Assembly (NCBI GenBank): GCA_040388375.1
Contig: JAZKBU010000001.1
Span: 272,996-336,995 of the forward strand
Direction: 5' to 3'
Origin: Bacteroidota bacterium
Lineage (GTDB): Bacteria; Bacteroidota; Bacteroidia; UKL13-3
DNA length: 64,000 nucleotides
Shown: positions 58,373 to 64,000 of the stretch, one piece after another
Layout: every line of letters starts with the position of its first letter
How positions within the stretch are numbered: the stretch's first letter is position 1
Program-made: the position numbers and the translations under genes
Notes under the pieces: generated by a model
The model's database searches: none
Told to the model about the DNA's origin: nothing
What the model saw: only the letters and a program-made list of their open reading frames with translations

Positions 58373-60427
58373 CTAAAAATTCAACAAATTATCTAAGTCG
58401 GTTTTGAAACGTTCTTTAGGTAAAAAGTTTTGCTCTAAGTCCGGATTAAAAGGTACGGGCGTATCTAAACTGGCTGTACGTATAACGGGAGCATCCAGGT
58501 ATTGGAAACAGTATTGTGCAATATGGGCTGCTATTTCTGCACCTACTCCACCTGTTAAGGTATCTTCATGTAACACAATGGCTTTACCTGTTTTTTTCAC
58601 ACTTTTCTCTACGGCATTTTTATCCCAAGGTAAAAGTGTTCTTAAATCAATAATATCGGCATCTATATTTTTTTCCTGGCAATGTTTTATAGCCCAATGC
58701 ACACCTGCACCATAGGTTATGATAGAAACTTCTTCTCCTTCTCTAACCACTCTGGCTGGGCCTATTTCCAACATATAATAATCGTCAAAAACTTCTTCTT
58801 CCAGCTCTACGCTTCTATATAAGTTTTTATGTTCAAAATATAATATTGGATTGGGATCGTTAATAGCTGCTGTTAGTAATCCTTTGGCATCGCTCGGTGT
58901 TGAAGGATATACAATTTTTAAACCAGGTACATGGAAAAACCATGCTTCGTTACTTTGTGAATGGAACGGACCAGCTCCCATACCTGCACCTGTTGGCATA
59001 CGCACTACCACATCAGCCTGTTGACCCCAACGGTAATATGATTTAGCTAAATTATTTACAATCTGATTAAACCCTACGCTTACAAAATCGGCAAACTGCA
59101 TTTCAACCATGGCTTTCATTTTTTTAATAGCCAAACCATAGCCTGCTCCTAAAATAGCACTTTCGCAAAGTGGTGTATTACGCACACGGTCTTTGCCAAA
59201 TTGCTCCACAAAACCTTGGGTAATTTTAAAAACTCCACCATAATCGGCTATATCCTGACCCATTAAAACCAATTCGGGATGTTTTTCCATGCTTTGGCGT
59301 AAACCATCGCTAATGGCATCGACTAAACGTTTTTTTGATTTATTGGCACTTGCCGGAACGGTTACTACATGTTGTAAGTTTTCGTATGGCTGGCTGGCTG
59401 GTAAACTAATTGGTTTATATAAATCAGCTACTTCAATTTCGGTATTCGGAATAATATCCGGCTCATTCAATACTTCTTCTACTCCCCCATCTATCTCTTC
59501 TTTTATTGCCGCTCGCATTTCGTTAATGGCATCGTAAGTTAAAACCTGTTGCTCCAGTAAATAACGCTCGTAATTAACTACCGGGTCTTTTTTACCCCAA
59601 ATTTCAAACAACTCCTGTGGTACATATTTAACGCCTGAAGCTTCTTCGTGTCCACGCATTCTAAAGGTTATACACTCTAATAAAATAGGGCGCGGATTTT
59701 TTCTGATTGATTCCGCTAAACCACTCATTACATCATATACTTCTAATATGTTATTGCCATCTATACGGTATGCTTCCATACCATAGCCAACACCTTTATC
59801 AACAAAGCTTTTAAACTTAAACTGCTCATTACTTGGCGTTGACAAACCATAACCATTGTTTTCAATTAAAAATATAACGGGTAAGCTCCATACTGCAGCG
59901 GTATTTAAGGCTTCGTGGAAATCACCTTCACTGGCACCACCATCGCCACTAAATACTACGGTAGCCTTTTTTTCTTTTTGCAATTTGTTAGCCAAAGCTA
60001 TTCCATCAGCCACACCAAGCATAGCGCCTAGGTGCGAAATCATACCAACAATATGGTACTCATTGGTTCCGAAATGGAAAGAGCGTTCGCGCCCCTTACT
60101 AAAACCATTGGCTTTTCCCTGCCATTGGCTAAACAATTTATTAAAAGGCATATTACGACCTGTAAAAACGCCTAGATTACGGTGTAATGGTAAAATATAC
60201 TCATCATCGTGCAGGGCTTTAACACAGCCTGCACTTATAGCCTCCTGACCAATACCGCTAAACCATTTACTTACTTTACCCTGACGCAATAAAATAAGCA
60301 TTTTCTCCTCTATCATTCTGGGTTTCAGAATGGCTTTGTATAAATCAATTAAAAGTTCGTTGCTATAATTTTTGCGGTTATACTGTAACATAATATGCTT
60401 TGCTAAAAGTGTGGGCGAAAATAGCAA
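58373..60427 (-). CDS. 2-oxoacid dehydrogenase E1 component, fused alpha/beta subunits (TPP-dependent)
   Basis: The N-terminal half is E1-alpha-like with the TPP-binding region (GDGGASEGDFHEALNTAAVW). The C-terminal half is E1-beta-like (transketolase-like pyrimidine-binding and C-terminal domains). Length 684 aa. Confidence 0.9.
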   Translation of the reverse strand: MLFSPTLLAKHIMLQYNRKNYSNELLIDLYKAILKPRMIEEKMLILLRQGKVSKWFSGIGQEAISAGCVKALHDDEYILPLHRNLGVFTGRNMPFNKLFSQWQGKANGFSKGRERSFHFGTNEYHIVGMISHLGAMLGVADGIALANKLQKEKKATVVFSGDGGASEGDFHEALNTAAVWSLPVIFLIENNGYGLSTPSNEQFKFKSFVDKGVGYGMEAYRIDGNNILEVYDVMSGLAESIRKNPRPILLECITFRMRGHEEASGVKYVPQELFEIWGKKDPVVNYERYLLEQQVLTYDAINEMRAAIKEEIDGGVEEVLNEPDIIPNTEIEVADLYKPISLPASQPYENLQHVVTVPASANKSKKRLVDAISDGLRQSMEKHPELVLMGQDIADYGGVFKITQGFVEQFGKDRVRNTPLCESAILGAGYGLAIKKMKAMVEMQFADFVSVGFNQIVNNLAKSYYRWGQQADVVVRMPTGAGMGAGPFHSQSNEAWFFHVPGLKIVYPSTPSDAKGLLTAAINDPNPILYFEHKNLYRSVELEEEVFDDYYMLEIGPARVVREGEEVSIITYGAGVHWAIKHCQEKNIDADIIDLRTLLPWDKNAVEKSVKKTGKAIVLHEDTLTGGVGAEIAAHIAQYCFQYLDAPVIRTASLDTPVPFNPDLEQNFLPKERFKTDLDNLLNF

Positions 60428-60584
60428 TTATGTTTTTATTTGATGTGATAAAGTTTATTGATTTTAACTTCATTACTTTAATCTGGTTTTTTTATATTTT
60501 CGAATCGAAAAAGGGAAGGTTTTTGTTTGGTACGAACCACTGATTTTGCTACTAATACGCTAACTGATAAATACATTAAATTCT

Positions 60585-61511
60585 TTGAATAAAAACTATA
60601 ACTCCATCATCATTACAGGCCCAACAGCAAGTGGTAAAACTACTTTGGCTGTGCAATTGGCTGCAAATTTACATGGAGCTATTATCAGTGCTGATTCACG
60701 ACAAGTTTACAGGGATTTAAATATAGGAACAGGTAAGGATTTATTTGAATACAATGTAAATGGTAAAAACATTCCTTATCACCTTATTGATATTGCTGAT
60801 GTGGGTGCGCATTTTCATTTGTATGACTTCATCACACAATTTTACCACGCCTTTCAACTGATTGAACAACAAAACCAGTTGCCCATTATATGTGGAGGAA
60901 CGGGTTTGTATCTGGATGCTATTTTAAAAAAACATGAATTAGCTGCTATCCCCAATAATATGGTTTTGCGAAACGAACTTGAATTGCTAGATAATGGGCA
61001 ACTCATAACAAAATTGCAAAGTTATCAAGCGCCTTTTGAACAAGTAGATTTAAACAGCCACAAACGCTTGGTTAGGGCCATTGAAATAGCTGATTATTTA
61101 AGCCAACATACAAAACCTAAGGTTAATTTTATTGATTTAAAGCCTGTTATTTTTGCACTGGATTTACCCAAGGAAACACGCAGGAGTAAAATATCCGTTC
61201 GCTTAAAACATCGACTTGAAAACGGAATGATTGAAGAAGTAAAAGCGTTATTGGAAAAAGGCATTAGCCATGAACGATTGCAATTTCTAGGATTGGAATA
61301 CCAATACATTTCTAAATATTTATTACAGGAAATCAGTTATGATGACCTATTTGTAAAACTGGAAACAGCTATTCATCAATATGCTAAACGCCAAATGACC
61401 TGGTTCAGGAAAATGGAACGGGAAGGCTTTACCATTCATTGGCTTGATGCCACAAAAGATATTAACGAAAACATAGCCATTATCAAACAAATAATAAACA
61501 CCATTGATTGA
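60585..61511 (+). CDS. miaA: tRNA dimethylallyltransferase MiaA
   Basis: P-loop IIITGPTASGKT and an SADSRQVY motif, with a TTG start. Confidence 0.9.
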   Translation: MNKNYNSIIITGPTASGKTTLAVQLAANLHGAIISADSRQVYRDLNIGTGKDLFEYNVNGKNIPYHLIDIADVGAHFHLYDFITQFYHAFQLIEQQNQLPIICGGTGLYLDAILKKHELAAIPNNMVLRNELELLDNGQLITKLQSYQAPFEQVDLNSHKRLVRAIEIADYLSQHTKPKVNFIDLKPVIFALDLPKETRRSKISVRLKHRLENGMIEEVKALLEKGISHERLQFLGLEYQYISKYLLQEISYDDLFVKLETAIHQYAKRQMTWFRKMEREGFTIHWLDATKDINENIAIIKQIINTID

Positions 61512-61568
61512 TAATTCATTATTTTCGGCTCAAAAATTAATTACATACGGTACAAAAATATTATTTAT

Positions 61569-62567
61569 ATGAAAGCAATTCTTTTAGAAGAACTCAACCA
61601 AAAATTAAGTATACACGAAACGGAAATGCCCACTATTGAAGCACACGAGGCTTTGGTAAAAGTAAAGGCTGCTGCATTAAATCACCGCGATTTATGGATA
61701 CAAAAAGGACAATATGCAGGTATACGTTTTCCTATTATTTTGGGTGCCGATGGAAGTGGTATAGTTGATAAAGTAGGCTCTGATGTAAACCCTAATTGGT
61801 TAAACAAAGAAGTAATTATAAACCCAAGTTTAAATTGGGGAAATAACCCGCGTGTACAAGCAAAAGATTATGTAATATTGGGTACTCCAAACAATGGTAC
61901 TTTTGCTGAATACGTAAAAATTGATGTTCGTTTATTACACGAAAAACCAAGCCATTTAACTTTTGAACAAGCTGCTGCTTTTCCATTGGCAGGTTTAACT
62001 GCTTTTAGAGCTACGCTTAAAAGAGCTGCAGCCAAAGCAGGCGAAAATGTTTTGATAACCGGTGTTGGAGGTGGTGTAGCATTGTTTGCAGTACAGTTTG
62101 CAGTAGCCAATGGTTGCAACGTTTATGTAACCAGTGGCGATGATGAAAAAATAAATAAAGCCCTACAATTGGGAGTGAAAGGTGGTGTTAACTATAAAAA
62201 TGCCAATTGGGATAAAGAACTAAAAGCATTATGTGGTGGCTTTGATGCTATAGTTGATAGCAGTGGTGGCGATACTTTTAGTAAGTTAGTTGATATGGCT
62301 AAACCTGCCGGACGTATTGCTATGTACGGTGCTACATTGGGTGCATTTAACAGTGGAGTACCTGCTAAAATATTTTGGAAACAATTGGATATTTTAGGCT
62401 CAACCATGGGCAACGATGAAGAGTTTGGTGAAATGATTTCATTTATTAATAAACACAGCATAGTACCTGTTGTAGATGAAGTATTTAATTTAGCCGATGC
62501 ACAAACAGCTCTAGAAAAAATGGGCAATGGAAAACAATTTGGGAAAATTGTGTTGAAAGTATTTTAA
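61569..62567 (+). CDS. Zinc-type alcohol dehydrogenase-like / quinone oxidoreductase (MDR superfamily)
   Basis: GroES-like N-terminus and a Rossmann motif (VLITGVGGGVALFAVQFA). Confidence 0.85.
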   Translation: MKAILLEELNQKLSIHETEMPTIEAHEALVKVKAAALNHRDLWIQKGQYAGIRFPIILGADGSGIVDKVGSDVNPNWLNKEVIINPSLNWGNNPRVQAKDYVILGTPNNGTFAEYVKIDVRLLHEKPSHLTFEQAAAFPLAGLTAFRATLKRAAAKAGENVLITGVGGGVALFAVQFAVANGCNVYVTSGDDEKINKALQLGVKGGVNYKNANWDKELKALCGGFDAIVDSSGGDTFSKLVDMAKPAGRIAMYGATLGAFNSGVPAKIFWKQLDILGSTMGNDEEFGEMISFINKHSIVPVVDEVFNLADAQTALEKMGNGKQFGKIVLKVF

Positions 62568-62616
62568 TAGTACTATCCATCAGGTTGTAAAAAACTTAGC
62601 TTTCATAAGCTACTCA

Positions 62617-62658
62617 AAGTACCTAATTGTTTCAATAACTTAAAACAATTAGGTACTT
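62617..62658 (+). terminator. Long perfect hairpin downstream of the dehydrogenase gene (probable terminator)
   Basis: aagtacctaattgtt-[12 nt loop]-aacaattaggtactt, a 15-bp perfect stem followed by tgtt and a weak T-run. Confidence 0.5.
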
Positions 62659-62737
62659 TGTTATATTTACACTTTATATACTGCTACGTACTTTTTAAGT
62701 ATTTAGAGTACGTACTCAAAAACCATCAATTTACTAT

Positions 62738-63715
62738 ATGAAACCTATTTGGACCAAAATAATAGAACTTACCATTCTTGATAAGAAACAGGACAAAAAC
62801 CATATAAAACAGGACTATTCTAATTTTGAATTAGCCAAAGGTTTTTTACACTTCAAAATTACAGCCATCAGGTACTTAAAAGATTTTTTCTTGATTACTG
62901 CCGGTATTTTTTCGGCTGCATTTGGCTTTAAAGGATTTCTGTTAACCAATCATTTTATTGATGGTGGGGCTACCGGTATTTCTTTATTGATATCGGCTTT
63001 AACATCTATTCCGCTTTACTATTTAATTCTATTCATCAATATTCCTTTTATTATTCTGGGTTATAAAGTTATTGGAAAAGGTTTTGCCATTAAAACAGCA
63101 TTGGCTATTACGGGGCTGGCTGTGTGTTTGGCAACTGTTCAATTTCCTAACATAACAAACGATAATTTATTGGTGGCTATATTTGGTGGATTTTTTCTTG
63201 GAGCGGGTATCGGCTTATCGGTTAGAGGAGGTGCTGTAATTGATGGGACTGAAGTATTGGCTATATTTTTAAGTCGTAAACTGGGTACTACCATTGGCGA
63301 TATTATTATTATTATCAATGTTATTATTTTCTCCATTGCCGCCTATTTGCTTTCTATGGAAATAGCCTTGTATTCCATGATTACTTATTTGGCTGCTTCA
63401 AAAACATTAGACTTTGTTATTGAAGGTATTGATGAATACATTGGTGTTACTATTATTTCGGTACACAATGAACCCATCAGGCAAATGATTATAAACGAAA
63501 TGGGTAGAGGTGTTACGGTTTACAAGGGACAAAGGGGCTTTGGCAAACATGGTGAGAAAGGGGAGATTGATATTGTGTATACGGTAATAACGAGGCTTGA
63601 GTTAAACAAGCTGAATACGGAAATTGAAAAAATTGACTCGAACGCTTTTGTTGTGATGAATAGTGTAAAGGATACCAAAGGTGGTATGATAAAAAAGCGT
63701 GCACTAAAACACTAA
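62738..63715 (+). CDS. YitT-family membrane protein (DUF161 + DUF2179)
   Basis: Polytopic N-terminal YitT/DUF161 domain and a C-terminal DUF2179-like soluble domain. Confidence 0.75.
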   Translation: MKPIWTKIIELTILDKKQDKNHIKQDYSNFELAKGFLHFKITAIRYLKDFFLITAGIFSAAFGFKGFLLTNHFIDGGATGISLLISALTSIPLYYLILFINIPFIILGYKVIGKGFAIKTALAITGLAVCLATVQFPNITNDNLLVAIFGGFFLGAGIGLSVRGGAVIDGTEVLAIFLSRKLGTTIGDIIIIINVIIFSIAAYLLSMEIALYSMITYLAASKTLDFVIEGIDEYIGVTIISVHNEPIRQMIINEMGRGVTVYKGQRGFGKHGEKGEIDIVYTVITRLELNKLNTEIEKIDSNAFVVMNSVKDTKGGMIKKRALKH

Positions 63716-63751
63716 CATTATTCGTTCCCCAAAAAAACTATTTAACTTTCT

Positions 63752-64000
63752 ATGTCGACCAACGTTAAAATATTAAATACGGAAATACTCTCCGACAACT
63801 GGTATATACTCAAAAAAATAACCTTTGAATACTTAAAAAAGGATGGCTCTTGGATAACTCAAAGCAGGGAAGCATACGACAGAGGTAACGGTGCTACTAT
63901 TTTACTTTACCATAAGGAACAACAAACTGTTATTTTAACGCAACAGTTTAGGTTACCTACTTATATAAATGGAAACGAAAATGGTTTGTTAATAGAAGCT
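63752..64000 (+). CDS. NUDIX hydrolase, NudK-like (GDP-mannose pyrophosphatase-like); 3' end truncated by window
   Basis: The N-terminal 83 aa (ILSDNWYIL...EAYDRGNGATILLYH...QQFRLPTYINGNENGLLIEA) closely follows the NudK N-terminal pattern. The Nudix box lies beyond the window. Confidence 0.75.
   Translation, partial: MSTNVKILNTEILSDNWYILKKITFEYLKKDGSWITQSREAYDRGNGATILLYHKEQQTVILTQQFRLPTYINGNENGLLIEA

Noticed and set aside
1-64000. CRISPR arrays, tRNA/rRNA genes, transposases/integrases and toxin-antitoxin or restriction-modification genes
   Set aside because: Scanning every intergenic region above ~50 nt showed only AT-rich spacers and terminator hairpins. There are no direct-repeat arrays, cloverleaf-like conserved tRNA boxes, or recombinase/nuclease motifs in any ORF.

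Overview
This 64 kb window is a low-GC (roughly mid-30s %) chromosomal segment with hallmarks of a Bacteroidota genome. Three ORFs have type IX secretion C-terminal sorting domains of both the Por_Secre_tail type and the gliding-motility CHU_C type. No obvious Shine-Dalgarno sequences are visible. Several genes have TTG or GTG starts. There are three tandem FKBP lipoprotein-type PPIase genes, reminiscent of GldI. Most of the window is core housekeeping, and these calls are confident: secA, polA, truA, tilS, miaA, ruvC, deoC, rluD, nrnA, a three-gene split transhydrogenase pntAA-pntAB-pntB, a 2-oxoacid dehydrogenase E2 with a fused E1 alpha/beta 51 kb away, a beta-carbonic anhydrase next to a SulP transporter, and a NudK-like NUDIX gene cut by the window end. 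The accessory-looking content is the following. There is a truncated 1175-aa HYR/PKD T9SS cargo protein. There is a giant 2916-aa T9SS cargo protein built of three ~580-aa paralogous beta-helix-like modules, a PKD array and a CTD. There is a 700-aa type-B CTD protein. There are two membrane glycosyltransferase modules, GT2 plus an LPG-synthase-like transmembrane protein, and a GT2-like membrane protein plus an NDP-sugar nucleotidyltransferase plus a membrane-anchored protein. There is a curious bracket of a LuxE-like acyl-adenylating enzyme and an HDAC-like deacylase around a lipoprotein and a poly-Asp mini-protein. I found no CRISPR array, tRNA/rRNA, transposase, integrase or recognisable defence system. 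The candidate 'undescribed systems' below are inferences from gene content and order, not demonstrated functions. Coordinates of non-ORF features are approximate (+/- 2 nt).
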